Origin: a virus
Lineage: Duplodnaviria; Caudoviricetes
Length of the DNA stretch: 53,560 nucleotides
Reading direction: 5' to 3' (one strand)
IMG/VR virus record: IMGVR_UViG_3300042922_001297
Location: 1-53,560 of that record
A program made the position numbers and the translations under genes. This document shows positions 16,948 to 26,238 of the stretch, piece after piece. The notes under the pieces were generated by a model that made no database searches, was not told the origin of the DNA, and worked only from the letters and a program-made list of their open reading frames with translations. The first letter of the stretch is position 1. Each line of letters begins with the position of its first letter.

Positions 16948-17926
16948 GGGAGACGCGGCTTCCCACTCGCCGCTTAGCAGGGCTGCGGTGAGCCGCTCGA
17001 CCACGCTCTTCGACATGGGCAAGGGCAGGAAGATCTCGCACGAGGCGCTGCGTCAGCTGCTGCCCGACGTCGAGGTCGCGCTGTTCTTCGCCAAGGCGTA
17101 CGACCTGGACTACCGCCAGCTCTCCGAGCTGCTGGCCGTCCGGTTCTCCGGGATGTCCGCGATCGACGCGCTGCTCAACGAGGGCGTCGACCACAGCTCC
17201 GTGCTGCAGGACTACCTGATCGACACGATCCCGGAGGACGTGTACCGCCGGGCCGACGTCGGGTACGACGACGAGGCGGAGGTCCCCGACACCGAGCTCC
17301 TCACCCAGCTGTGGGAGGAGGCGCTCGTCACGGTGGCCCAGTCCATCAAGGACGTGGCGGCGAAGCTGGCCGGCGTGCTCGAGTCCATGCCCAGCAAGTA
17401 CGGGCAGATGACGTTCGCGCACCTGCGCCAGCTGAACACCCAGCGGGGCAGCATCGGGACCTACGGCGCGCGCATCACGCACCCGCCGGTGGCCCCGAGG
17501 CTGGTGATCCTGGACGTGTCCGGGTCCATGACCGAGTCCACGGTGCGCCGCATCGTCGACGAGGTCGTGGCCCTGGCGTACCAGGCCGACGCCTCGCTGG
17601 CGATCGTGTCCAGCACCGCCACCTTCTGGGAGGCGGGGCAGTTCACGACGGCCGACGTGCTGCGCGCGGCCGAGTACATGGGCACGCAGTACGAGACGCT
17701 CACGCCCCTGCTCAACAGGGACTGGGAGACGGTCGTCACGATCGCGGACTACGACAGCTCGCGCTCGGCCGCGGACTACATCCGCACGAACGCGATCGGT
17801 CGGGTCGGCAAGGTGATCGACATCAGCCTGGTCGACCGGCCCACGTTCCTGGGTGAGTGCGTCGGCCAGCTGGCCAACGAGGTGCAGCCCGTGCTCGTCG
17901 GGAACTCGCGCTACCTGCTGACCTGA
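16931..17926 (+). CDS. VWA (MIDAS) domain protein, likely partner of the AAA ATPase
   Basis: ILDVSGSMT MIDAS motif, GT and IADYD motifs; adjacent to the AAA gene. Start may be 16988 or 17015. Confidence 0.8.
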   Translation: MTVRSEGDAASHSPLSRAAVSRSTTLFDMGKGRKISHEALRQLLPDVEVALFFAKAYDLDYRQLSELLAVRFSGMSAIDALLNEGVDHSSVLQDYLIDTIPEDVYRRADVGYDDEAEVPDTELLTQLWEEALVTVAQSIKDVAAKLAGVLESMPSKYGQMTFAHLRQLNTQRGSIGTYGARITHPPVAPRLVILDVSGSMTESTVRRIVDEVVALAYQADASLAIVSSTATFWEAGQFTTADVLRAAEYMGTQYETLTPLLNRDWETVVTIADYDSSRSAADYIRTNAIGRVGKVIDISLVDRPTFLGECVGQLANEVQPVLVGNSRYLLT

Positions 17927-18017
17927 TCAGCACCTGATCGTGGCGACCGCAGGAAAAATTCCGCGCGATCGCCACGATCTCATCGACCGCAGTACAGAAC
18001 AGAGAAGGGTACCCCCT

Positions 18018-18704
18018 GTGAACCAGAACAACCCGCAGAACCTCACCGTCCGTGGCCGCCTGAGCTGGCCGGTCTGGACCGTGGCGGAGGCGCTGAAGCG
18101 CAACCCGAAGTCGAAGTTCCCGAAGCCGGACGACCAGGTGAAGGCGAGCTTCAACCTGCTCCTCGGCGAGGCACAGACGGAGAAGGTGCTCACGCACCTG
18201 AAGGACGTGTTCTTCCCGTGGTGCATCGAGCAGGAGAAGGCCGGGCAGAAGTCCGGGCTCACCGCTGCGCAGGTGAAGAAGCTCAACCGCAACATCGACG
18301 ACGCCGACTGGGCGACCGACGGTGTCTTCGGTCTCATCGGTGCGGTGCCGGAGAAGTCGGCCGAGCTCGCACCCGAGGCCGTCATCAACCTCAAGGTCAA
18401 CGGCCTCAAGGGTCGGGACCTCGAGCAGAAGGCGGTCGTCAAGAGCGAGGACCAGCTGAAGAACCCGACGGGTGACCTGGTCATCCCGGAGCGGGGTCTC
18501 ATCCTGCCGGTCAGCGACACCAACCTCGAGCTGTACCCGGGGTCGATCGTCGCCGCGACCATCAACCTGTTCGCGTTCGTCGGTGCACAGCCGGGCGTCA
18601 CCGCCTCGGCCGGCGCCGTGATCTTCGTGCAGGACGCCGAGCGCTTCGGCGGCGGCGGCACGGAGATCGACGAGGACTCGATCTTCATGGACGACGACGA
18701 GTAG
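18018..18704 (+). CDS. Single-stranded DNA-binding protein (T7 gp2.5/DUF2815-like)
   Basis: VRGRLSWP N-terminus, LYPGSIVAATINLFAF, acidic C-terminal tail EIDEDSIFMDDDE; precedes the exonuclease and polymerase genes. Confidence 0.75.
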   Translation: MNQNNPQNLTVRGRLSWPVWTVAEALKRNPKSKFPKPDDQVKASFNLLLGEAQTEKVLTHLKDVFFPWCIEQEKAGQKSGLTAAQVKKLNRNIDDADWATDGVFGLIGAVPEKSAELAPEAVINLKVNGLKGRDLEQKAVVKSEDQLKNPTGDLVIPERGLILPVSDTNLELYPGSIVAATINLFAFVGAQPGVTASAGAVIFVQDAERFGGGGTEIDEDSIFMDDDE

Positions 18705-18717
18705 TCCATCACCTGAG

Positions 18718-18750
18718 AGCGGCGGCTCCCATCACGGGGGCCGCCGCTTT
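18718..18750 (+). terminator. Stem-loop after the SSB gene (probable terminator)
   Basis: AGCGGCGGCTCCC-ATCAC-GGGGGCCGCCGCT followed by a short T run. Confidence 0.55.
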
Positions 18751-18773
18751 CCCTCTGCGAGGAGAGGCACGAC

Positions 18774-18926
18774 ATGTCGTACACCGTCACGCTGCACACG
18801 CAGCAGGCGAACACGCCGCTGATCATCAACGGCCTGAGCAAGAAGCGGCTGCGCCAGTGGGTCGACAGCTGGTTCAAGGACGAGCAGGCCACGGCCATCA
18901 ACATCGAGAAGGAGAACGACGAGTGA
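18774..18926 (+). CDS. Hypothetical protein (50 aa)
   Basis: AGGAGAGG RBS; MSYTVTLHTQQ...; not in the ORF track (too short). Confidence 0.7.
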   Translation: MSYTVTLHTQQANTPLIINGLSKKRLRQWVDSWFKDEQATAINIEKENDE

Positions 18927-19318
18927 AGACCATCGCCTACACCGACATGGCCGACATCTTCAAGGGCCAGCAGTTCCAGGCGATCCGCACTCGGAACCGC
19001 AACACCGTGGCGAAGCCGCACGTGGACATGCTGCTGCGCGGCAACACCCAGCTGCACCAGCTGCGCGCGCGCAGGGGGTGGACGATCACGAGCGTGCTCG
19101 TGAACACGCTGCGCTACAACCCGGTGATCCAGGAGATCGAGACCGAGATCGACGGTGACCAGCTGCACTACACGCTGTACGCCGTGGACTCCTACATCGT
19201 GGCCGAGTTCACCGCGAAGCGGAGCACGGGCAACGACGTCGCTGCGTTCCCGTTCGAGCTCATCATCCTGGACAACGGTGAGTTCTACATCGACGCGTTC
19301 GATCGGCGGAACCGATGA
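18923..19318 (+). CDS. Hypothetical protein (131 aa)
   Basis: GTGA overlap; AAGGAG RBS. Confidence 0.75.
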   Translation: MKTIAYTDMADIFKGQQFQAIRTRNRNTVAKPHVDMLLRGNTQLHQLRARRGWTITSVLVNTLRYNPVIQEIETEIDGDQLHYTLYAVDSYIVAEFTAKRSTGNDVAAFPFELIILDNGEFYIDAFDRRNR

Positions 19319-20043
19319 GCATCCAGCGGTTCAGCGCATCAGTGGCGGAGCAGCACATGAACTGCCACGCCAGCGCGAACCTCGAGGCTGCGATCCCCGG
19401 ACTCGAGCTGCCGGTCGAGGACCGCACGGTGGACAACGCAGCCAACCGTGGCACCTCGTTCCACACCGAGATGGAACGCCTCATGAACGAGTACTCCGCG
19501 AACGAGCTCGACAAGATCGCGGCGTCGCTGAAGTACGTGTCCGCGGTACGACGGCTGCGCCGGTTCAAGGTGCTGACCGAAGCGAAGGGCACGGGGTGGT
19601 GGCTGAGCCAGAAGCCTGGCACCACGAGCGACCTCGTGCTCTACGTCGCGGACGAGATCCACGTCCTCGACTACAAGTTCGGGAAGATCCCGGTGGCGGC
19701 GAAGGACAACGCGCAGGGCAAGTACTACTCCCTCGCGTTCTCGCCGCTGGCACCGAAGGCGAAGGGCGTGCACTTCCACATCGTGCAGCCGTTCGCCGAC
19801 AACTACGACTCGGTGTTCTTCACGGCCGCCGAGCTCGAGCAGTTCCGTGTCGACACGGCGAACGCCGACCGTGCCATCCAGAACGGCAGCACCACGTTCG
19901 GGCCGACCGACAAGGGCTGCCTGTTCTGCCCGGCCAACCCGCACTCGCGTGGTGCGAAGGCCACGAAGTTCTGCCCGGTCATGATGCAGATGCTGTACCC
20001 GGTCAAGGTCGACGAGGACGCGATCCTCGACGACGTCGCGTAG
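19315..20043 (+). CDS. Cas4-like / DUF2800 PD-(D/E)XK exonuclease
   Basis: GTSFH, SDLV...VLDYKFG, Q-x-x-x-Y, and cysteines (NCHAS, CLFCPA...FC) suggesting an Fe-S cluster. Confidence 0.85.
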   Translation: MSIQRFSASVAEQHMNCHASANLEAAIPGLELPVEDRTVDNAANRGTSFHTEMERLMNEYSANELDKIAASLKYVSAVRRLRRFKVLTEAKGTGWWLSQKPGTTSDLVLYVADEIHVLDYKFGKIPVAAKDNAQGKYYSLAFSPLAPKAKGVHFHIVQPFADNYDSVFFTAAELEQFRVDTANADRAIQNGSTTFGPTDKGCLFCPANPHSRGAKATKFCPVMMQMLYPVKVDEDAILDDVA

Positions 20044-20059
20044 GAAGGAGTACCACCTG

Positions 20060-22159
20060 ATGATCGGTCTCGACTTCGAGACGTACTGCGACATCGACAT
20101 TCGCAAGCACGGGCTCGACAGGTACGTCAGTCACCCGAGCTTCCGGGTGCTGCTCGCCTCCACGTTCCGCCCGCACGACGGCGCACGTCGCTTCGACTTC
20201 GTGTTCAACCCGCACGCGAGGGAGCTGCTGAGCCTGTACCTGCAGGACAAGGAGATCGCTGCGCACAACCTGCCGTTCGAGCTCGCCGTGCTCGAGCGGA
20301 TCGGGATGAGCCGTGTCATCCGGCAGGGCTACGACAGCGCGATAATCGCGCGTGCTCGTGGCGCTGCGTCCAAGCTCGAGGCTGCGGCACCGCAGCTGCT
20401 GGGCGTGGACAAGATGGAGGCCGGCGCGCACCTGATCCGGCTGTTCTCCATGCCGCAGAAGGACGGCACGGTGCACGTGCTGGACCCGATCGGCTGGACG
20501 TCGGAGCTGCTCGCGCAGTGGAAGACCTTCGGGGACTACTGCGACCTGGACGCCGAGCTGTCGCACGACATCGTGTTCCAGTACCTGCGTCACCTGGACG
20601 GCAACGAGATCCGCAACGCGGGCATCACGCAGCGCATGAACGAGCGCGGCTGGTGCGTGGACCTGGACCTGGTGCGCGAGATGCAGCGCGTGTACCAGGA
20701 GAACCTGGTCACGCTCGAGCACGACTTCCGTGCCGAGCACGACCCGAAGGCGGAGCTCAACTTCCGCAGCACGATGCAGCTGCGGAAGTGGTGCGCCGAC
20801 CACAAGGTGCGGGCCACGTCGTTCGACGAGCTGCACGTGACCAAGCTGCTCGCGCGCGTGCGCAAGGAGATCGAGCGCATCAGCAACGGCGGCACCCCGA
20901 AGCGGGGTGGCCCGGACATCTTCGACCTCGAGGCCGTCGAGGCGATGCTGGTCACCAAGCAGGAGCTGGGCGGCAGCTCGCTGTCCAAGCTGCAGACCAT
21001 CGTCGACATGACGGGGACGGACGGACGGCTGCGTGGTCAGTACCTGCACGCCGGTGCGGGGCAGACCATGCGGACGTCCGGCCGCGGCGTGCAGATGCAG
21101 AACCTCAAGCGGCTCGGGCCCGTGCCCGACGACGTCGAGGAGCTGTTCGCTGCGGACCGTCACTTCGACAGCCTGTGGGACAACGGCAAGCTGGCGCGCA
21201 ACCTGCGTCAGGTGTTCGAGGCCGAGGTTACCCCGGGGCGCCTCATCGTCGCGGACTTCTCCGCCGTCGAGTCCCGGGCCCTGGCGTACCTGGCCGGGGA
21301 GGACTGGAAGGTCCAGTCCTACCGGGACGGCAAGGACATGTACAAGGTCCTGGCCGCCTCCATGCTGGGCACCGAGTACGACGCGGTGACCAAGGCCGAG
21401 CGCCAGCAGGGCAAGGTGGGCGAGCTCAGCTGTGGGTACGGCGCCGGCCCCGGTGCGGTGGTCACGTTCGCCGAGAAGATGGGCATGGACATCGACGAGG
21501 AGCAGGCCACGGAGATCGTCTTCAACTGGCGCGAGACCAACCCGAAGATCGTCCAGCTCTGGAAGAACCTGGACGCCGCGCTGCACGAGGTGGTCGAGCG
21601 CAGGGACACCGAGTCCTGGGTGCACCTGGACAACGGCAACCTGAAGGTCGGCATCGTACGCGTAGCGAACTACGAGTCGGTGCTGGCCGAGTACCCGGGC
21701 TCGATGAACATCGAGCTCCGGGTGGTGCAGGGCAGCAACACGATGCTCACCCGGATCTTCGTCGGGGCGCACACGAGGGGCAACGACATCTGCTACCTCA
21801 AGCCGAGCGAGCTGAAGTCGGGCAACCTCTGGCGTGCACGCTGGACGAAGAACGGACAGAGCGGACCGTACAAGATCTACGGCGGGAAGCTGACCGGCAT
21901 CCTCACGCAGTCGTTCTGCCGGGAGCTGTTCTTCGACGCGCTCGAAGAGGTGGAGCGAGAGCTCCAGCTCTTCCCGAACGTCAAGCTCATCGGTCAGTTC
22001 CACGATGAGGCAGTCGTCGAGTGGTGGCCGCACAAGAGCGCGGGCCTCACCTTCGCGGAGACGACGCAGCGGATCGAGAAGGCGATGACGGGCAACGCCC
22101 GGTTCCCGGACTTCCCGCTGGTGGTCGACGTGAAGGCCGGCCACCGCTACATCAAGTAG
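20060..22159 (+). CDS. DNA polymerase, family A, with 3'-5' exonuclease domain
   Basis: LDFETY (ExoI), AHNLPFE, YCDLD, TSGR, motif A ADFSAVESR, motif B RQQGKVGELSCGYG, motif C FHDE. Confidence 0.95.
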   Translation: MIGLDFETYCDIDIRKHGLDRYVSHPSFRVLLASTFRPHDGARRFDFVFNPHARELLSLYLQDKEIAAHNLPFELAVLERIGMSRVIRQGYDSAIIARARGAASKLEAAAPQLLGVDKMEAGAHLIRLFSMPQKDGTVHVLDPIGWTSELLAQWKTFGDYCDLDAELSHDIVFQYLRHLDGNEIRNAGITQRMNERGWCVDLDLVREMQRVYQENLVTLEHDFRAEHDPKAELNFRSTMQLRKWCADHKVRATSFDELHVTKLLARVRKEIERISNGGTPKRGGPDIFDLEAVEAMLVTKQELGGSSLSKLQTIVDMTGTDGRLRGQYLHAGAGQTMRTSGRGVQMQNLKRLGPVPDDVEELFAADRHFDSLWDNGKLARNLRQVFEAEVTPGRLIVADFSAVESRALAYLAGEDWKVQSYRDGKDMYKVLAASMLGTEYDAVTKAERQQGKVGELSCGYGAGPGAVVTFAEKMGMDIDEEQATEIVFNWRETNPKIVQLWKNLDAALHEVVERRDTESWVHLDNGNLKVGIVRVANYESVLAEYPGSMNIELRVVQGSNTMLTRIFVGAHTRGNDICYLKPSELKSGNLWRARWTKNGQSGPYKIYGGKLTGILTQSFCRELFFDALEEVERELQLFPNVKLIGQFHDEAVVEWWPHKSAGLTFAETTQRIEKAMTGNARFPDFPLVVDVKAGHRYIK

Positions 22160-22161
22160 AA

Positions 22162-22202
22162 CGAGCGGAGCCCTGGGGACCAGCGACCCGGGGCTCCGCT
22201 CG
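22162..22202 (+). terminator. GC-rich stem-loop after the polymerase gene
   Basis: CGAGCGGAGCCCTGGG / CCCGGGGCTCCGCTCG arms; no U-tract. Confidence 0.45.
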
Positions 22203-22253
22203 ATCCATTCCGAGAAGAGACGTGCTCACCGTAGCACGAGAGAGAAGGCAGAG

Positions 22254-22463
22254 ATGGAGCGAGAGACCTGCTCGACCAGGGACTGCGGCCGCACCGCGGA
22301 CTCGGTCGTCCGCACCAAGCAGTCGCGTGGCCCCGGGTCGGGCCCGATCACCACGGTGACGTGGTACATCAGCGACGCGTCTGAGGTGGAGCGCCGGCTC
22401 GGCACGCTGCTGTGCGCCGAGCACCGCGACCACATGCTCGCCGAGATCGGGAAGATCTCGTGA
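22254..22463 (+). CDS. Small Cys/His zinc-binding protein
   Basis: CSTRDC and CAEH motifs; GAAGG RBS. Confidence 0.65.
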   Translation: MERETCSTRDCGRTADSVVRTKQSRGPGSGPITTVTWYISDASEVERRLGTLLCAEHRDHMLAEIGKIS

Positions 22464-22978
22464 GCGAGGGCGTGACGACGATCGTCGGCATCGACCCCGG
22501 GCTGGTGCACAACGGCGTGGTCGCCGTCGAGTTCTACCCCGGGCTGAAGCAGATCGAGGTGAAGCACGCCGCGATCGCGGGTAACCAGGAGCCGGCGGAC
22601 ATCTCGCTCGCCATCCTGCAGTGGGTGGCCGACGAGGTCGGCTGGCCCGAGGTGGACCAGACGTACGTCGAGAGCTACCGCGAGCGCGGGCAGGCGTACG
22701 CCACCAGCCCGAAGATGCGGGCCATCCTCGCCGAGCTGAGGCGTGACCTGCCCGAGGCCAAGATCCTGGACAACACCGGGATCAAGAAGGTGGTGCGGCC
22801 CAAGCTGCTCGACCTGCTGGGGCTGCGGTCGTTCCCGACCACGCACCACCAGGACCTGCAGAGCGCGGCGCGCATCCTCGTGCTCGGCATGCTGAAGGAC
22901 GAGGAGCTCAACGCGCTGCTCGCCGACGTCGTGCTCGCGTACATCAGCGGCACGCCGTGGCAGGTGGCGCATGTCTAG
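22460..22978 (+). CDS. RuvC-like Holliday junction resolvase
   Basis: IVGIDPGLVHNG, YVES and HQDLQSA motifs. Confidence 0.85.
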   Translation: MSEGVTTIVGIDPGLVHNGVVAVEFYPGLKQIEVKHAAIAGNQEPADISLAILQWVADEVGWPEVDQTYVESYRERGQAYATSPKMRAILAELRRDLPEAKILDNTGIKKVVRPKLLDLLGLRSFPTTHHQDLQSAARILVLGMLKDEELNALLADVVLAYISGTPWQVAHV

Positions 22979-23210
22979 GAAGCCGCACCAGCGCACGGGC
23001 AAGGGCCTGGCCCGGGCGAAGCACGCCGGCACGCGCGTGCGCAGCTGGCGCACCCAGGTGCGGGTGGAGCAGAAGCTGCGGCTGCGCTCGGAGTTCGAGC
23101 CCACGCTCGACGAGGGGCTCGAGGATCTCGACGGGTGCAGCTGCCGCTGCGCCCATCTCTACGAGCCCGAGTGCGACGAGCTGTGCTCGCCGTACGGAGG
23201 TCAGCCATGA
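22971..23210 (+). CDS. Hypothetical basic protein with Cys-rich C-terminus
   Basis: Overlaps the flanking genes within the operon. Confidence 0.55.
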   Translation: MSRKPHQRTGKGLARAKHAGTRVRSWRTQVRVEQKLRLRSEFEPTLDEGLEDLDGCSCRCAHLYEPECDELCSPYGGQP

Positions 23211-23458
23211 GCATCATCGGACGCATCGTGCGCGAGGACATCGCGCGCGGGAACAGGAGAGACAGCATGTACTCGAGCACCGAGGTCAAGGAGGCCGACG
23301 TCCAGGTCGGCGACTGGGCCCAGCACCGCGGCGGGCTGGACGGCCGCAAGGTCGTGGCCGTGGACCACGAGCGCGGCATGATCCAGATCGACCTCGTCGG
23401 CACGACGTCGGTGCCGCTGCCGATGGAGGCGTACACCTTCCGGCGGATCACGCCGTGA
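23207..23458 (+). CDS. Hypothetical protein (83 aa)
   Basis: GGAGG RBS; ATGA overlap. Confidence 0.7.
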   Translation: MSIIGRIVREDIARGNRRDSMYSSTEVKEADVQVGDWAQHRGGLDGRKVVAVDHERGMIQIDLVGTTSVPLPMEAYTFRRITP

Positions 23459-23811
23459 CCGTGCACCTCAACACGGTGAAGTCGTCCGACCTCCACACCA
23501 GCAGGCTGTGGATCCCGGACGAGCCGCCGCCGTGCGTGGTGGACCCGGACGCATGGACCGAGCAGGCCCACCTGGGGCAGGGACGTCAGCCGGCGAACCC
23601 GCTGCGGGTGCTGCGCGAGCGCACCGAGCTCGCGCGCAAGGAGTGTCAGCTGCTGTGCCCGTTCCAGGTCGAGTGCCTGGAGGCAGCGATGGCAGAGGAG
23701 GGCGGACGCAAGGCGGAGAAGCGCTACGGCATCCGCGGCGGCCTCCTCCCCATCGAGCGGGAGACCCTGTACAAGCGACGCAAGAGAGAGAGCGAGAGGG
23801 CAGCAGCATGA
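23455..23811 (+). CDS. whiB: WhiB-family transcription factor
   Basis: Four-Cys pattern C...ECQLLCPFQVECLEAA and YGIRGGL (G[VI]WGG-like turn), basic C-terminal tail. Confidence 0.8.
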   Translation: MTVHLNTVKSSDLHTSRLWIPDEPPPCVVDPDAWTEQAHLGQGRQPANPLRVLRERTELARKECQLLCPFQVECLEAAMAEEGGRKAEKRYGIRGGLLPIERETLYKRRKRESERAAA

Positions 23812-24323
23812 CGCAGCAGGACGTGACGACCGAGGTCGTCGACGGCAGGCGCTCCGTGTACGGAGAGCCGAGCGAGTCGTTCCCCCGGGTGGCCCAGGCG
23901 TGGTCGGCCATCCTCGGGACCGAGGTCCGGCCCGACCAGGTGCCGCTCCTGCTGATCGGCTACAAGCTGATCCGCGCGAGCGAGTGCCCCGAGTACAGCG
24001 ACAACATCGACGACGTCGACGGGTACGCCAAGATCTTCCGCGAGGTGATGGGCGACCGGCTCATCGAGGCGCGGTCGGTCACCGAGTTCCTCGAGAAGAA
24101 GGCGGCGCGCGAGCGGCAGGAGCAGGCGGCCGAGATGCGCGCGGCGATCCCCGTGCTCACGGGGTTCAAGCAGAGCACGAGCTCGTACCACGTCCACGTG
24201 ATCGAGTGCCGGGGCTCCAACCGGGAGCGGGCCATGGCCGGGGAGCCCTGGGTGTGCATCTGCCCGGAGGCCACGCCGCAGCAGGACCGGCTCGTCGACG
24301 GCGAGCTCGGCACGCTGAAGTGA
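23808..24323 (+). CDS. DUF6378-like protein (all-alpha NTP pyrophosphatase-related)
   Basis: RRSVYGEPSESFPRVAQAWSAILG...KLIR...DNIDDVDGYA pattern. Confidence 0.7.
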   Translation: MTQQDVTTEVVDGRRSVYGEPSESFPRVAQAWSAILGTEVRPDQVPLLLIGYKLIRASECPEYSDNIDDVDGYAKIFREVMGDRLIEARSVTEFLEKKAARERQEQAAEMRAAIPVLTGFKQSTSSYHVHVIECRGSNRERAMAGEPWVCICPEATPQQDRLVDGELGTLK

Positions 24324-24454
24324 TCGCTCGTCGCAAGCACCGTCGGCTGCGCCGTGTCCTCGTGGACGCGGCGTGGTCGACGGCGCTGTTCATCGTTCTG
24401 TTCAGCATCGGTCTCATGTTCGGGACCGTCATCACAGGAAGGCACGGCTGGTGA
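24320..24454 (+). CDS. Small membrane protein (44 aa)
   Basis: GTGA overlaps; basic N-terminus plus a hydrophobic helix. Confidence 0.6.
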   Translation: MIARRKHRRLRRVLVDAAWSTALFIVLFSIGLMFGTVITGRHGW

Positions 24455-24654
24455 AGCAGCTGATCATCGTCAGGATCGAGAAGACCGAGGGCGACTACAT
24501 GTCGCCGACCGAGCTCGTCTCCGCCGTCAAGGCGGTGGAGGCCCAGCTCGAGGACGTCGCGCCGGCCGAGCCGCGCACCGTCAAGGCGCACGGCAACAAG
24601 GGCGACATCTACAAGGTCGAGGGCTGGGTCTCTCGGAGCATCGAGCTGCTCTGA
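24451..24654 (+). CDS. Hypothetical protein (67 aa)
   Basis: GTGA overlap; GGAAGG RBS. Confidence 0.65.
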   Translation: MKQLIIVRIEKTEGDYMSPTELVSAVKAVEAQLEDVAPAEPRTVKAHGNKGDIYKVEGWVSRSIELL

Positions 24655-25862
24655 TGAACAACTCGGACATCCTTCGCAACCTGCGCAAGCTGGGCCTCAC
24701 GCTCCAGCCGCACCAGGAGGAGGCCCGGGCCGACGCCGAGCGGCAGGTCCAGGACGGCAGCCAGCTGCGCCTGTGCCTGTACCACGCGACCGGCAAGGGC
24801 AAGACCATCGCCTCGCTCGTGTGCCTCGCTCAGGCGGGCGTACAGCGGGTCCTGGTCCTGGCCCCGCCGATCACCCACCCGGGGTGGATCAGCTGGGGCG
24901 AGAAGCTCGGCATCGAGGTGACCCCGATCAGCCACGCGAAGTTCCGGCAGAAGACGTACAAGGTCCGCCGGGACCAGGCCATCATCGTGGACGAGTTCCA
25001 CCTGCTCGGCGGCCACACCGGCACCGGGTGGAAGAAGCTCGACGCGATGGCCAAGGGGCTGCAGGCGCCGCTGATCATCTGTTCGGCGACGCCGAACTAC
25101 AACGACGTCGAGCGGGTGTACTGCGTGATGCACGTGCTCGCGCCCGACAGTGTGAAGGGCGGGTACCTGCAGTTCCTCTACCGCAACTGCGAGACGGTGG
25201 AGAACGCCTACGGCAGGGAGCCCAAGGTCACCGGGCTGCTGCACCACAAGGACGCCGAAGAGTTCCTCGCGTCGCTGCCGTACGTGCACTACGTCGAGGA
25301 CGAGGTGATCAAGCAGGTCACCATCGGGGACATCCCGGCCCAGGCCGGCGACGTGCCCGACGTGCTCGAGGAGCTCGGCTACATCCCGCGCCACCACCGC
25401 ATCATCGCGAGCCAGATGGAGGAGCGGCACTCCCTCGTGGAGCACCGCATCACCACGCCGAACGGCACGGTCTGGCCGCAGCTGTACGACCAGATCGCCG
25501 AGCTGGTGGGGCAGGCGAGCACCCCGGTGCTGATCTACTGCAACCACGCCACGGTGGCCGAGGCCCTGGCCCGGACCATCGAGGAGCACGGCGAGGATCC
25601 GATCCTGATCACCGGCAAGACGGTGCCACGGCAGAAGAAGCGGCTCACCGAGCTGTTCCTCACCGGGCTGTACCCGGCGCTGATCGGGACGGCCTCGCTC
25701 GCCACGGGCTTCGACGGGCTGGACAAGATGTGCGACGTGCTGCTCATCGTCGACGACACCGACGACGACGCGCTGCGCCGACAGCTGATGGGTCGCATCC
25801 TGCCCCGCGGGCTGGACACGGACGTCAGCAAGAAGCAGGTCTGGCGTCTCACCTACTCCTGA
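24654..25862 (+). CDS. SF2 DExH-box DNA helicase
   Basis: ATGKGKT, IVDEFH, CSATP, TGFDG, QLMGRILPR motifs. Confidence 0.9.
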   Translation: MNNSDILRNLRKLGLTLQPHQEEARADAERQVQDGSQLRLCLYHATGKGKTIASLVCLAQAGVQRVLVLAPPITHPGWISWGEKLGIEVTPISHAKFRQKTYKVRRDQAIIVDEFHLLGGHTGTGWKKLDAMAKGLQAPLIICSATPNYNDVERVYCVMHVLAPDSVKGGYLQFLYRNCETVENAYGREPKVTGLLHHKDAEEFLASLPYVHYVEDEVIKQVTIGDIPAQAGDVPDVLEELGYIPRHHRIIASQMEERHSLVEHRITTPNGTVWPQLYDQIAELVGQASTPVLIYCNHATVAEALARTIEEHGEDPILITGKTVPRQKKRLTELFLTGLYPALIGTASLATGFDGLDKMCDVLLIVDDTDDDALRRQLMGRILPRGLDTDVSKKQVWRLTYS

Positions 25863-25918
25863 CAGGGGAGGGTGGGGTAGTGCACCCGCACTGCCCCGGC
25901 CAGGAGAAGGAGAGACAG

Positions 25919-26041
25919 ATGACCGACGACAGCACCACCCAGCAGGCGCTCTACGTGGAGCTCACCGACGCTCACACCATGGGCGACGTCCTGCTGACCG
26001 CCGCGAAGTTCGCCGTGCTCGATCAGTACGGAGAGCGGTAG
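25919..26041 (+). CDS. Hypothetical protein (40 aa)
   Basis: Strong AGGAGAAGGAG RBS before ATG. Confidence 0.6.
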   Translation: MTDDSTTQQALYVELTDAHTMGDVLLTAAKFAVLDQYGER

Positions 26042-26047
26042 CCGGCC

Positions 26048-26092
26048 GACCCCGCCCGGAGAGGGAGAACCCCGCTCCCGGGCGGGGTCTTG
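26048..26092 (+). terminator. Stem-loop, probable terminator
   Basis: GACCCCGCCCGG / CCGGGCGGGGTC arms followed by TTGT. Confidence 0.5.
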
Positions 26093-26122
26093 TCTGCTGC
26101 CTGCGGCAACAAGTGTAAGGAA

Positions 26123-26185
26123 GTGTAGGCCGGAACATACCTCTACGCGTATGCGCGTATGTAGAAGGTATGTTCCGACCTACAC
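26123..26185. promoter_or_regulatory. Palindromic element copy 2 (upstream of Prim-Pol)
   Basis: 20-bp arms GTGTAGGCCGGAACATACCT / AGGTATGTTCCGACCTACAC (1 mismatch); inverted homologue of 10159-10224. Confidence 0.7.
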
Positions 26186-26238
26186 CTCTTGCACTGAGTA
26201 GAAAAAATTCCACCGAAAATAGGACAGAAGGGACAGTC

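Noticed and set aside
19315-20043. Cas4-like gene as evidence of a CRISPR-Cas system
   Set aside because: No repeat-spacer array or other cas genes were seen; stand-alone Cas4-like nucleases next to DNA polymerase are common in phages.
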